From an uncultured Phycisphaerales bacterium (GTDB lineage: Bacteria; Planctomycetota; Phycisphaerae; Phycisphaerales; SM1A02): DNA of 44,770 nt. The stretch covers positions 1-44,770 of the forward strand of contig CBFGRU010000001.1 of NCBI GenBank assembly GCA_965651255.1, written 5' to 3'. The translations under genes and the position numbers were made by a program. Under the pieces are notes generated by a model, which was not told the DNA's origin, ran no database searches, and saw only the letters and a list, made by a program, of their open reading frames with translations. Of this stretch, positions 28,581 to 39,043 are shown piece after piece (position 1 is the stretch's first letter; every line of letters starts with the position of its first letter).

Positions 28581-29741
28581 ATGAATCCAATGCCTCGACA
28601 TCGTCTCCTGAGCGCCTTCCTGTGGTGTATGACTGCATCCATCCTGGTGTCCATGGCACCTCCTGCAGGTCGTCCTCCCGTGGGCCCGCTCGTTCGTCAC
28701 GATCCTCACATCTACGAAGTTTCCGTCCAGGTTCTGCTGTCCACGTCTGTTTCAACGATTGATCAAGGAATTCGAGCCGGCGAGTTTGATCTGAAGGATA
28801 CTCCAATCGTCATTCCGTTGATGATGCAAGGTACGTTCAGCCAGATCGATGAACGGACCCTGCATGCGGAGATGATTGGCGACCGTGGACCATTTTCCGA
28901 TTTCGCGCGGTCAATCGAAGGCGGGATGCCTTTCTCGATGTCACTGGTGAAGATGAATGTTCGCGAGTATCGAGGAGCAACGCTGCGCTGGACGTTGAAG
29001 TTCCGAACGCAGGTATGGTCGAGCCGCCTCAATGAAGCCGACGCCCAAAAGATTACCTGGCCGCGCCGTTGGCCGGATGAGGTGCAGGATGCTCTTTCTC
29101 CGCAACAGTTCATCGAGTCCGATGCGGAAATCTTTCAGAAGGCACTGACGAGCCAGGGCGGCGTTCAGGCACTACGCACCGTACCGCCGCTGATCGCGGC
29201 GAAGCAGGTTATTGCGTACTGCCTCAACAACATTCGGGTGCACAAGAACGGACTGTTGCAGGTTGATGGCGGCGTGCTGCGCGGAATGGATTTGCAAGGC
29301 GCACAGAAAACGGCGGAGAGCGGAATCGGCACGCCGAATGACCTCGTCTGCGTCACCGTCGCGATGCTGCGAGCAGCCGGAATCCCAGCGCGGGCGGTCA
29401 TTGGCGTTGTTGAGGATGAGAAGGGACGCGACCTGCTGACGGTCTGGGCGGAGTTCTACCTTCCCGATGCGGGCTGGGTGCCGTTTGATCCGAATGCCAT
29501 GAAAGGGAAAGGCGCAGGACGTATGAATCCAACCAGACCGTGGCCTGAACTCGGGACCATTGACAGTCTGAACAAGCGCATCCCACTCGCGTTCACCTTT
29601 CACCCCCCCATGAGTGTCGAGGCCCCGCACGGGCCGGCAGTCTGGGGCTGGCGGCCACGCCCCGGTCAAACCGAGTACTACAACCAAGCGATCGAGATCG
29701 GCATTGCCTCGCTGGGAAGTGGCGTTGAAGATCCGAAGTAA
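28581..29741 (+). CDS. Transglutaminase-like superfamily protein, secreted or membrane-anchored
   Basis: ATG 28581. Hydrophobic N-terminus LLSAFLWCMTASILVSM. Core LVCVTVAMLRAAGIPARAVIG...TVWAEFYLPDAGWVPFDPN resembles Transglut_core. Confidence 0.72.
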   Translation: MNPMPRHRLLSAFLWCMTASILVSMAPPAGRPPVGPLVRHDPHIYEVSVQVLLSTSVSTIDQGIRAGEFDLKDTPIVIPLMMQGTFSQIDERTLHAEMIGDRGPFSDFARSIEGGMPFSMSLVKMNVREYRGATLRWTLKFRTQVWSSRLNEADAQKITWPRRWPDEVQDALSPQQFIESDAEIFQKALTSQGGVQALRTVPPLIAAKQVIAYCLNNIRVHKNGLLQVDGGVLRGMDLQGAQKTAESGIGTPNDLVCVTVAMLRAAGIPARAVIGVVEDEKGRDLLTVWAEFYLPDAGWVPFDPNAMKGKGAGRMNPTRPWPELGTIDSLNKRIPLAFTFHPPMSVEAPHGPAVWGWRPRPGQTEYYNQAIEIGIASLGSGVEDPK

Positions 29742-29760
29742 CTCGCTCAGGTCACGGCGA

Positions 29761-30012
29761 TCACCATCCCCAGATGATCACCAAGAGCAGCAGCATGAAG
29801 ACCAACAGAATCGCCACGGTCGCGCGACGATCGGGCGCACCGCGTGAATGCTGCGTGCGACTACTTCGTACATCGCCCTCAATCATCTCGCCACAATGGG
29901 GACAGAACACGGCCTGGTCGTACACATCCTCGCCACAAGAAGGGCAGGAGCCTCGATCGGAGGCAAGACGATTAAGGTCGTCCAGACTGGGGCCTTCATC
30001 GATCGTGCGCAT
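29761..30012 (-). CDS. Zinc-ribbon membrane protein
   Basis: 83 aa. CPSCGEDV...CPHCGEMI zinc ribbon plus C-terminal transmembrane segment VAILLVFMLLLLVIIWGW. Confidence 0.6.
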   Translation of the reverse strand: MRTIDEGPSLDDLNRLASDRGSCPSCGEDVYDQAVFCPHCGEMIEGDVRSSRTQHSRGAPDRRATVAILLVFMLLLLVIIWGW

Positions 30013-30065
30013 CGAACACCATTGAAACTTCGCAAGTATCGTGAGGACGTACTGCCGACACCTGT

Positions 30066-32870
30066 ATGGTATGGTCCCCGTCTATGCAGTCGTTTTCAAG
30101 AATACTCAGTCTGGATGGTCTCTGGCATTTTCGCATCGACCCCGACGATGTGGGTCTTCATGACCAATGGGCTTCGCCAGACACTTTCAACGAATGGACG
30201 GAGCGCCCTGTCCCCGCGCCGTGGCAGTGCTGGCTCAACATCGACTGGCACGGGGTTGGCTGGTACGCCCGCGAAATCACGATTCCAGCAGATTGGATCG
30301 GGCATCGCGTCTTTCTGCGGTGCGATTCAATTGCTACCAGCGCCATCATCTGGATCAATGGACGAGAAGTCGGTAGGACGGTCGGTGATTACATACCTCA
30401 CGAGATAGAACTGACTGAACACATCTCGTTTGGCGGAAGTGCACTGCTCGTCATGAGAGTGGACGATCTGTGTGGCCACATCACTACCGGATTCCATGAT
30501 GTGCTGAGCGCTCATCACGGTGGGATCTGGCAAACCGTTTCGCTCATTGCAGCCAGCGACCTCCATCCGCAGCCGAACGGAGTAGCCATTCACGCTGACC
30601 CGGCGAGTGGCCTGGTAACACTTCACACAGCGTTTGAGAACACGCGACATCGTGGCGGGCGCGTGCGGGGGGAGCTCTTCGCCCCGGACCGCGCGCTGAT
30701 CGCCTCGTTTGACGCAGAAGTTTCACCAGCACTGGAAGTTTCTCAGCACACTCTCACGATTGATCGCCTCCTGCCGTGGTCACCTGAATCACCGACGCTC
30801 TATGAACTCTCCCTGCAGTTTCACGATGCGAATGGGAGATCCGAGCGATTGTCCCGCACATTTGGCGCACGCGTAGTGCGGGCGCAGGGCAGTCGCATCG
30901 AGTTGAATGGCAAGCCGGTTCAGCTCCGAGGCATTCTCCATTGGGGCCATGAACCGCAACACATTGCGCCAGCGCCTACACCGGACCAGGTGCGTGCAGA
31001 GTTTACAAAGCTCCGTGAGCTTGGATTCAACTGTGTCTGCCTCTGCATGTGGTATCCCCCCCCTTATTACTTCAGCATTGCCGACGAAACCGGAATGCTT
31101 CTGTGGCAGGAACACCCCGTCTGGCAATCTTCGATGGCAGAAACCGATGTCGATGAATACAAGCGTATGTTCCATGCGTTCTTGCGACGGGATCAGCAGC
31201 ACGCAAGTGTCGTTGTCGTCAGTTCAACGTGTGAACACCCCAACTATGACCATGAGCTCGCGAAGTGGTGGTGGCAAACAGCCAAGGCCATGCTGCCGTA
31301 TTCACTCTTGCAGGTTCAGACCTCGAGTTTTGCGTGGTCGGATCCTGAATTGACGGACCTCCACGATGAGCACACCTATGACAACAATGATCGTTGGGTC
31401 AGTTACCTGGAGGATCTTCAACACGAGCTGGGAGCACTCCCGACAAAGCCGTTTGTCATGGGAGAGACGATTCTCTTTACGTCGTGGGTCAATGTGCGGG
31501 GGATACTTGATGAAGTCGGCAGCAAAACGCCATGGTGGTTGACTCCCCGGTTTGCACATTACGCGAGATGGGAAGCGATCTGGCGAGCGCGGTATGGTGA
31601 CGCCGTCATTGCGCGATTCAAACGGCAAGGTGATCGGCACCACCTTCTTGGTCGCAAATTCCAAGTCGAGCAATTTCGTCGCTACCCCAATCACGCCGGT
31701 GTCGTCATGAACCACTTGCGTGATGTTCCTCAATGCGCGTGCGGCTTTCTGGATGATCTCAATCATTGGCGATTCGCACCGAGCGAAACCCAAGGGTGGC
31801 TCGGCGATGTCGGACTGACTCTGGTGACCCCCGATCATCGACGCAGTTTTTTCTCAGCGGAGCGCGTTCGAGCACAAGTGTTCGTGGCAAACTTCAGTTC
31901 GACTGACTTACGCGATAACTTCACGATCACCTTGCTTGATACGCACACTGGGCTCACGCTTGCGAAGGAAGCGAAGCTTGTGGATGTCGCATGTGGGAAT
32001 GTCGTGTCTGTTTCTGTTTCATTGATTCTTCCTGCAACTGATGTCCCGCGCCGAGTGCAGTTGGAAGTGGCCAGTTCTCAATCAGTCCGTATGGGTCACG
32101 GGACAGCGATGATTCAGAATGCATGGGACTTGTGGATTTTTCCGCACGTAGCAAACGATTCGCTCGCCGCCCACGGAGTTGCAAGACTTGAGGGCATGCC
32201 ATTCACTGACAAGGATCGTGCGCCTGATGAAGTTGAAGCGGGCTACAGTCGCGGCTTCGGGTTGCCCATCCGCTCATGGCGAAACCGACTGCCGAATCCC
32301 GCCGACCTGGTCCCCACGGCACGGCCATGGTGGCATGGCGACCCCATTCCAAGCGGTATTCATGTTATTCTCACGCACAAACTGACGGATCACCTGATTG
32401 ACTGGATGGAACATGGGGGAAGGGTGCTCTTGTTCTGTTCCAAAACGACAGGCGGACTCGGTACGCGCTACGAATGGCTTTTTGGACAAGTGCCACTCAT
32501 CATTGAGCGTGGTCCACTCCGAGAACACGACAGTGAGTGGATGGTGGACCTGATCGGCTTCGACCTGACACGGACGTACTCAAGAGTCATTCCGGTCGAT
32601 GATCTTGGATTGCGCGAGGCCGTCGAGCCCATTGCTCGACTCTGTTACACACATGACACACCTGGCGTTCGATTCTTTGATCAGATGTTCGGTGCGCGCG
32701 TAGGCGACGGCGCGCTTCTCGCCACCAGTTTCGATCACCATAATCCCGCAGGCCAGTTCCTGCTTGCGCGTTGCATCGATACATTGCTCTTCACACACCA
32801 TCAACTCGGCGGCCGCATCGCCCCTGGAACATTGAAGCGACACACCGTCGAACACCAGGCAATTCGATAA
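30066..32870 (+). CDS. Glycoside hydrolase family 2-like protein
   Basis: N-terminal GH2 sugar-binding signature (LDGLWHFRIDP...PVPAPWQ...GVGWYAREITIP...VFLRCDSIATSAIIWINGREVG). TIM-barrel region has GMLLWQEHPVW, reminiscent of beta-mannosidase-type GH2. No signal peptide. Alternative ATG at 30084. Confidence 0.72.
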   Translation: MVWSPSMQSFSRILSLDGLWHFRIDPDDVGLHDQWASPDTFNEWTERPVPAPWQCWLNIDWHGVGWYAREITIPADWIGHRVFLRCDSIATSAIIWINGREVGRTVGDYIPHEIELTEHISFGGSALLVMRVDDLCGHITTGFHDVLSAHHGGIWQTVSLIAASDLHPQPNGVAIHADPASGLVTLHTAFENTRHRGGRVRGELFAPDRALIASFDAEVSPALEVSQHTLTIDRLLPWSPESPTLYELSLQFHDANGRSERLSRTFGARVVRAQGSRIELNGKPVQLRGILHWGHEPQHIAPAPTPDQVRAEFTKLRELGFNCVCLCMWYPPPYYFSIADETGMLLWQEHPVWQSSMAETDVDEYKRMFHAFLRRDQQHASVVVVSSTCEHPNYDHELAKWWWQTAKAMLPYSLLQVQTSSFAWSDPELTDLHDEHTYDNNDRWVSYLEDLQHELGALPTKPFVMGETILFTSWVNVRGILDEVGSKTPWWLTPRFAHYARWEAIWRARYGDAVIARFKRQGDRHHLLGRKFQVEQFRRYPNHAGVVMNHLRDVPQCACGFLDDLNHWRFAPSETQGWLGDVGLTLVTPDHRRSFFSAERVRAQVFVANFSSTDLRDNFTITLLDTHTGLTLAKEAKLVDVACGNVVSVSVSLILPATDVPRRVQLEVASSQSVRMGHGTAMIQNAWDLWIFPHVANDSLAAHGVARLEGMPFTDKDRAPDEVEAGYSRGFGLPIRSWRNRLPNPADLVPTARPWWHGDPIPSGIHVILTHKLTDHLIDWMEHGGRVLLFCSKTTGGLGTRYEWLFGQVPLIIERGPLREHDSEWMVDLIGFDLTRTYSRVIPVDDLGLREAVEPIARLCYTHDTPGVRFFDQMFGARVGDGALLATSFDHHNPAGQFLLARCIDTLLFTHHQLGGRIAPGTLKRHTVEHQAIR

Positions 32871-32899
32871 GGAAGAAGCTCGGAACACGAACCGGGCGG

Positions 32900-34312
32900 T
32901 CAATCACGCACAATTGGCGGCAAACCCCGCAACCGGCGATCTCGATCGATGACGGCGTGCATTTCTTCAACCGCGCTATCCAGGGCTGCTTTCGGTGACG
33001 CTCGACCCTGAACCGACTGAACCAGCGCGCGAGTAATCAATCGCTCGAGATCGGCCTGGTAGCGCCCGACAGGAACAAAACCTGGGGTCTCTCCTGTCAC
33101 TGGGTCAACCTTCATCGCATACTGCAGCCACGCCGCGCGTTTCGGGTACTCAGACGCGGTCATCGCGGGAACAAAAACATCGCCATCGTCGCCGATGAGA
33201 CCGGTTGACACTTGAAATTGAGGTGACTCAAGTACACTTCGTCGTGCGGGCGGTGCAACTCGCAGATTGTTCCAATACCGAAGCGATTGTTCAGCACTCG
33301 TCAGCCAGCGGACCATCTCCCATGCCTTCTCTTTGTTCTTGCTATGCGCAGACACGCACCATAGCACTGAACCGCTGACAACGGCTCGTTTCCGATGACT
33401 GGGCAGAGGAACGACTCGGAAATCAATGTCCGGCGCATCCAGTTCGATGTTGGGCGCGCGCCACGACCCATCCAGCATCATGGCGACTCGTCCGGCCTTG
33501 AAGAGTTGAGCAGGCCCGGCGGGGCTCTCCGCGAGATCGGGCGACCGAATCGGGGCATCAGTTGGAATCAGTCCGACCAGAAACTCCAGTGCCTCTTGCC
33601 CCGCAGGGCGATTGATCAGGGTCGTCGTGTGTTCGTCGTTCCAAAGACGCCCCCCCGCTTGAGCGTGAAAGGCCATGAATGGCCATGCCCACAAATCGAA
33701 CAGCATGCCGTACTGTGTGATCTCACGCTCATTGCGCAACGTCAATTCAGCAGCTGCGTGTTGTACGTCGTTCCAGGTCCAGGTTTCATTCGGATAGGAC
33801 AGCGGCGAATCCGGATGATGAGCATTGTGGGCGTCAAAGAGGGCAGGATTGAAGTACAAGCCGTACTGCGCGTTGTCCGAAGGCATGCCGGCGCGGATAC
33901 CGTCAACATCAAGCACATCCCAGAGGAACGGAAGGTAATCCGCCTTCTCTGCTTGGGACAATCCGATGTCTGGATCGTCAATAAAACGATTGAGCGGCTC
34001 AATGATTCCCAGCGCCAGCATTGAGTGGTAATCGGTGATTGGCAGTCGCATCACATCGGCACCGCGTCCGATGACATGCCATGCTTTGTATTTCGGCACC
34101 ACATCCCGATATCGCTGGTAGTGCACCGTCCAGCCAGGGTTCAGCGATTCAAAGTCACGCGCATAGCCATCACGAAACAGCGCATCCTCGAACGGCATCC
34201 CCCACACCACCATCGTCAGCTGGTTCCGCTGAAACGGAAGAGCCCGAGGCGGAAGAATCGCCAACAACGTCGCCGCGACCAGAAACGGAATGATGAGCCG
34301 GCCAACGTTCAT
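32900..34312 (-). CDS. ABC transporter extracellular solute-binding protein (family 1, sugar type)
   Basis: 470 aa with signal peptide MNVGRLIIPFLVAATLLAIL. It is immediately downstream of two MalF/MalG-type permeases. Confidence 0.82.
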   Translation of the reverse strand: MNVGRLIIPFLVAATLLAILPPRALPFQRNQLTMVVWGMPFEDALFRDGYARDFESLNPGWTVHYQRYRDVVPKYKAWHVIGRGADVMRLPITDYHSMLALGIIEPLNRFIDDPDIGLSQAEKADYLPFLWDVLDVDGIRAGMPSDNAQYGLYFNPALFDAHNAHHPDSPLSYPNETWTWNDVQHAAAELTLRNEREITQYGMLFDLWAWPFMAFHAQAGGRLWNDEHTTTLINRPAGQEALEFLVGLIPTDAPIRSPDLAESPAGPAQLFKAGRVAMMLDGSWRAPNIELDAPDIDFRVVPLPSHRKRAVVSGSVLWCVSAHSKNKEKAWEMVRWLTSAEQSLRYWNNLRVAPPARRSVLESPQFQVSTGLIGDDGDVFVPAMTASEYPKRAAWLQYAMKVDPVTGETPGFVPVGRYQADLERLITRALVQSVQGRASPKAALDSAVEEMHAVIDRDRRLRGLPPIVRD

Positions 34313-34313
34313 G

Positions 34314-35180
34314 CTACGCCTTCACTCCGGTCAGCGTGATACCCTCGACAAATGCCCTCTGAAACAAGAGAAAAACGATCACCACAGGAATCGTAATGAT
34401 CGTTGCCGCGGCCATCTGCACCGGCCAGGAATCAGTGTAGTATTGCCCCGAAAGTGCGTTCACTGCGAGTGGAAGCGTAAACATTCGGTTGGAATCAATG
34501 ACGATGAGCGGCCAGAAGAACGCATTCCACGACCCCATGAACGTGAAGATCGCCAACGCGGCCACGCCCTGGCGGACCGATGGCAGTACGAGATGCCAGA
34601 AGAGCCCGAAATCGCTCATGCCGTCAATGCGACCGGCATGCAGCAAATCATCAGGAACGCTCTCAATGGTTTGGCGCATGTAGAAGATACCAAACGCACT
34701 TGCCAGGAAAGGGACGATCAGCGACTGGTAGTTATCGATGTAGCCGATGTAGCCACAAATGATGTACGCAAAAATGAAGTAGACCTGGAAGGGCAGCATC
34801 ATCGTGAAGAGAATGGCGGCGAACATCGACTTCCGTCCCGCAAATCGCAACTTTGCGAAGGCAAATCCCGCCAGCGCATTGTGTGCTCCGGCCAACAGCA
34901 TCGTCACGACGGCAACAAGCAGACTGTTGACATAGAACGTGCCCAACTGCGCGATCTGCCAGGCCTCGGCGTAGTTACCCCAGTGCCATTGTGCGGGACT
35001 TCCAGCGGGCAAGAGCGAAGGGTCGGTCGAGATCGCTTCCATTCGCGATTTCAGTGAGGTCGAAATCATCCATAGGAATGGGAGCAGCATGGTGATTGCG
35101 CCCAGCCAGACAAGGACCTGAACACTCAACCGCACTACAAGCGGCGCCGTTCGCCAATCTGAATGGCGACTGCGAATCAA
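34314..35180 (-). CDS. Carbohydrate ABC transporter permease (MalG-like)
   Basis: Six-TM pattern. EAA loop AGRIDGMSDFGLFWHLVLP. 4-nt overlap with the upstream permease. Confidence 0.88.
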   Translation of the reverse strand: MIRSRHSDWRTAPLVVRLSVQVLVWLGAITMLLPFLWMISTSLKSRMEAISTDPSLLPAGSPAQWHWGNYAEAWQIAQLGTFYVNSLLVAVVTMLLAGAHNALAGFAFAKLRFAGRKSMFAAILFTMMLPFQVYFIFAYIICGYIGYIDNYQSLIVPFLASAFGIFYMRQTIESVPDDLLHAGRIDGMSDFGLFWHLVLPSVRQGVAALAIFTFMGSWNAFFWPLIVIDSNRMFTLPLAVNALSGQYYTDSWPVQMAAATIITIPVVIVFLLFQRAFVEGITLTGVKA

Positions 35181-36061
35181 GTTGATCCCCTCCGCTCTCG
35201 ATTCAGAAACCGCACCTGCAGAACGGTGATGCTGATGGTCAGCAGCAGGATGATGACGCCAATCGTCGCCGCAAGTCCAAGCCGGTTCAAAGTAAACTCA
35301 CGGTAGAGATACAGATTAAGCACATCCGTCCACGGCTGCTCAACCGTGCCGATCATGACGACAAGCAGGTCGAAAACCTGTAACGCACCGATCATCCCGG
35401 TCAATAGAAGAAAATAAGTCATTGGTCGCACAGCCGGCCACGTGACATTCCACATGGAACGCCAGGCACTCGCTCCATCGACGGCCGCGGCGTCATACAA
35501 TGTGCGCGGCACGTTCGTGAGCGCCGCGAGATACAACACAACACTGAACCCGAGATTCCTCCACACAGAAATGGTCATGATCATGACCAATGCAACCGGT
35601 GAATCGCCCAGCCATGTCGGAAGCTGCGCGCGCGGGATTCCGATGTATGCGAGAACATTGTTGAGCAGGCCGGAAGGTCCCGCATCCAGTATCCACCTCC
35701 AAATGAAACCGATCGCCACAATCGAAACGACGGAAGGAAGAAAGAGAATGGTCCGTACGGCGGTCTTTGCTCGAAACCACGGTGCATGGACCGCAACGGC
35801 CACCAGAAATGCCCCGATGACCGTCAGTGGAACTGTCACCACCGCAAACAGCAGCGTATTTCGCAGGGCAGGCCAGAATGTCTTGCTGTACAGCAGTTCT
35901 CCATAATTGGCCACGCCAACGAATCTCATCGACTCGCCACCGTTCCAATTGAAGAGACTGAGACCAATTCCTAACGTCGTTGGAAGCGCTGTGAACAGGA
36001 ACAAGATCGTCAATGGAAATGCGATGAACATCCAGGCACTACGAGATTTGTATTGAATCAC
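35177..36061 (-). CDS. Carbohydrate ABC transporter permease (MalF-like)
   Basis: EAA loop AAAVDGASAWRSMWNVTWPAVRP. GTG 36061 has GGGAGG 6 nt upstream. Confidence 0.88.
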   Translation of the reverse strand: MIQYKSRSAWMFIAFPLTILFLFTALPTTLGIGLSLFNWNGGESMRFVGVANYGELLYSKTFWPALRNTLLFAVVTVPLTVIGAFLVAVAVHAPWFRAKTAVRTILFLPSVVSIVAIGFIWRWILDAGPSGLLNNVLAYIGIPRAQLPTWLGDSPVALVMIMTISVWRNLGFSVVLYLAALTNVPRTLYDAAAVDGASAWRSMWNVTWPAVRPMTYFLLLTGMIGALQVFDLLVVMIGTVEQPWTDVLNLYLYREFTLNRLGLAATIGVIILLLTISITVLQVRFLNRERRGST

Positions 36062-36296
36062 ATTGACCTCCCTTCTCGGGGCTCAAGCAGTGCATGGAAT
36101 TGGACCGAACCATTGGCGCATGAACACACCGGCAAAGGAAGATGCACGGCCAATCGGTGCGAAGTACAGGTGATCCGCACGCATTCGCTCCACCTGCATC
36201 GTGTTCGGCTTCTCCAGTGACGCCACATACCGCGAGTATGGTGTGTCGGGTCTCCGCATGTGAAGGCATCCGCGCTGTACGGCCGCAACAGTGAAC

Positions 36297-37829
36297 TTAT
36301 CGCCGCATTCGGTCGAGCAAGCGATACTGCACTGCTTCGCCGATGTGGCTTGATGTCACGGAGTCGATCCCTTCCAGGTCTGCAATGGTTCGAGCAACTC
36401 GTCGAATCTTGTCGTAGGCACGCGCGCTCAGACTTAACTCCCGCATCGCCTGACTCAGGAGATCGCGGGAATCATCGTCAAGTGGTACAAACTGATCGAG
36501 CTCTTTCCCACTCAATTCACTGTTGATACGCGCTTCCGGGTGACGTTGGTGCTGCACTCGCCTTGCCTGAACGACGCGATCGCGCATTTCCGCCGATGTG
36601 AGACCGTTTGCGGTCCGACTGAGTTGACGAAACGAAACCGCTGGAACTTCGATGTGCAGATCGATGCGATCGACCAACGGGCCGGAGAGTTTTGCCATGT
36701 ATCGTTCCATCTCGCGATGACCGGCGCCATCTTTGGCGAAATCACCCTTCGGCGTTGGATTCATCGCGGCTACGAGCATGAACCGTGCGGGGTATCTGAC
36801 TGACCCTTGTGCACGAGCGATGGTGATCGCACCATCCTCAAGCGGCTCGCGCAACGTTTCAAGAACATGGCGACTGAACTCTGGCAGCTCATCCAGAAAG
36901 AGGACTCCACGATGGGCAAGACTGACATCTCCAGGTCGTGGGGTCGTCCCTCCTCCGACTACCGCAGGGCCACTGGCGGTGTGATGAGGCGTGCGTACCG
37001 GTCTACGGGTGATGAGCGACTCACCTTTCCGAATCTTGCCGACGCTTGAATAGATGCGCGTGACTTCGAGTGCTTCGTCTCGCGACAGGGGCGGCAGGAT
37101 GCCCGGCAGCGCCTTGGCAATCATCGTCTTGCCCGTTCCCGCAGGGCCGATCATCAGCAGATTGTGCCCTCCCGCTGCCGCAATCATGACCGCTCGCTTT
37201 GCCAGTTCCTGCCCCTTGATATCTGCGAAGTCGATCTCGGGCGCAGCAGTCGCAATCATTGATTCGGCATTCACGGGATGTTCAACCGGCAGCTCACCCT
37301 GGCCATTCAGGAAAGCCACCACTTCTCCGATGGTGGATGCTGCGCGAACTTCAATCCCCTCCACCGCCACGGCCTCCGCTGCGTTCTCAGAAGGAATGAT
37401 CAGCCCCTGCCGGCCCATTTGCTTTGCCATCAATGCCAAACTGATCACACCACGAACCGGCCTCACTCGCCCATCCAATGCCAACTCGCCTGCAATCACA
37501 TACCGTGATGCACGCTGCTCACCTGATTCGAGGTCAGTGGCAACGGCGCCGTCGGCCATCAGTATCGCGATCGCGATTGGCAGATCGTAAACAGGACCTT
37601 CCTTCTTCACATCCGCCGGCGCGAGATTGATTGTCATCCGTGTCGTCGGAAATCGAAACCCGGAATTCGTTATCGCCGTGCGAACCCGTTCGATTGACTC
37701 GCGAACAGCGGCATCCGGCAGGCCCACGATCGTTTGCTTTGGCAATCCGACCGGAGAGAGATCCACTTCGATCTCGCACGGTAGTGCATCAATACCCTGG
37801 AGGACAAAACTGGTCAGGCGACTGATCAC
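36297..37829 (-). CDS. comM: YifB/ComM-family Mg-chelatase-like ATPase
   Basis: 510 aa. N-terminal Lon-like domain (VLQGIDALPCEIEVDL), Walker A GPAGTGKT, C-terminal ChlI-type region. GTG start. Confidence 0.92.
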   Translation of the reverse strand: MISRLTSFVLQGIDALPCEIEVDLSPVGLPKQTIVGLPDAAVRESIERVRTAITNSGFRFPTTRMTINLAPADVKKEGPVYDLPIAIAILMADGAVATDLESGEQRASRYVIAGELALDGRVRPVRGVISLALMAKQMGRQGLIIPSENAAEAVAVEGIEVRAASTIGEVVAFLNGQGELPVEHPVNAESMIATAAPEIDFADIKGQELAKRAVMIAAAGGHNLLMIGPAGTGKTMIAKALPGILPPLSRDEALEVTRIYSSVGKIRKGESLITRRPVRTPHHTASGPAVVGGGTTPRPGDVSLAHRGVLFLDELPEFSRHVLETLREPLEDGAITIARAQGSVRYPARFMLVAAMNPTPKGDFAKDGAGHREMERYMAKLSGPLVDRIDLHIEVPAVSFRQLSRTANGLTSAEMRDRVVQARRVQHQRHPEARINSELSGKELDQFVPLDDDSRDLLSQAMRELSLSARAYDKIRRVARTIADLEGIDSVTSSHIGEAVQYRLLDRMRR

Positions 37830-38025
37830 GGCCCGCGATTGTAACGAACGAATACCGTCCAGCCAGCCGCAAACTGATCAATTGTGGCTTCATGCGACAG
37901 GCATTACGGTGTCGTTGCTGGACATCTTTTCGCTGGCGATCAATGTGGTCCGACGCGGCCATTCATCCTGTCTGCCAACGGTCATCGCGCAGAGCACATG
38001 TCCTGCGAATACCTTCAATCGACAG

Positions 38026-38718
38026 TCAGTGCTGCTGCCGGAAGTCATTGGGCTGCCCATCGGCATACTCCCAGACTGTCACTTCAAGCTCCTGAACACC
38101 CCACTGAAGTGCCCGGCGATGAGTTGGGTACAGGACATCAAGACGGTTCCCCTTGATCGCACCACCACGGTCAAGAACTGGCACCGGCGCGCCATTGTCG
38201 TAACCGGGAATGCTGATAAGCGAACCGAAGGGAAGCAATGAAGTATCGGCAGCCACCAATTTGCCGCCATTGGTAAACACCGAGTACCCACTCGCAGTGA
38301 TTCCATCGGCCCAGATACCACACGAGCGTTCATCCGGGCTGTACGCGGTTACTTTCATTCGCAGCGTCTTGACCGCTCGTAATGGGCGTCCATTGAACCA
38401 CTGAATCTCTTCACGTTCTACCGGAAGCTCTTCAATCGTGAACGGCGCATTGTCTTCGATGTTCACAGTTGGAGAGATCGTCGTAGTCGCGGGCATCACC
38501 TGAGTTGATTGGGCCAAGCTCGCTGCCGCAATCGTGCTTCCCGACGGTCCCGGAGTGATCGCTGCCGCGAGAAAGTTTCCCGCACCTGGCGTCCCCTGCA
38601 GACTGTTCGTCGCCGCCATGGCGACGACTGCCAACGCAGCACAACCTGCATAAGTCAGCAATCGGGACGGGCGCACGATATCGCGCGCCGAGATGCTCGC
38701 GGATGCTCTGTTCTTCAT
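38026..38718 (-). CDS. 3D-domain protein (MltA/RpfB-type cell-wall associated)
   Basis: C-terminal VTAYSPDERSCGIWADGITASGY...VAADTSLLPFGSLISIPGY...VLDRGGAIKGNRLDV is a 3D domain. ATG 38718 gives a signal-anchor N-terminus. The ORF is open to 38820. Confidence 0.75.
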   Translation of the reverse strand: MKNRASASISARDIVRPSRLLTYAGCAALAVVAMAATNSLQGTPGAGNFLAAAITPGPSGSTIAAASLAQSTQVMPATTTISPTVNIEDNAPFTIEELPVEREEIQWFNGRPLRAVKTLRMKVTAYSPDERSCGIWADGITASGYSVFTNGGKLVAADTSLLPFGSLISIPGYDNGAPVPVLDRGGAIKGNRLDVLYPTHRRALQWGVQELEVTVWEYADGQPNDFRQQH

Positions 38719-39043
38719 GTGTACCGATTCCAACATTCCCCATCGAAAGGCCGTTCCGCCCACCGCGGTCGCGATCTGATCCACCTTCAAGATCGCGGCG
38801 TCCTTTCGATGCAAGGGCACTATACCCCACCCTGTCCCTCGCGCCTATTGCGGCCATTGATTCACCGGAGCAAAGTTCAGAGCATGCCAATCAGGCGAAC
38901 GCTACCGTTTGTACGGTCGAACGAGGTGCCGATAATCGCAGGGCCTGCAGCACCATGGCTCGATTCCGCCCCTCTGCCTCACGAAAGCGCTTTTTCCTGG
39001 ATGGGCCACATTTTGGCCAGCACTTCTCTACACTACGGCCCTT

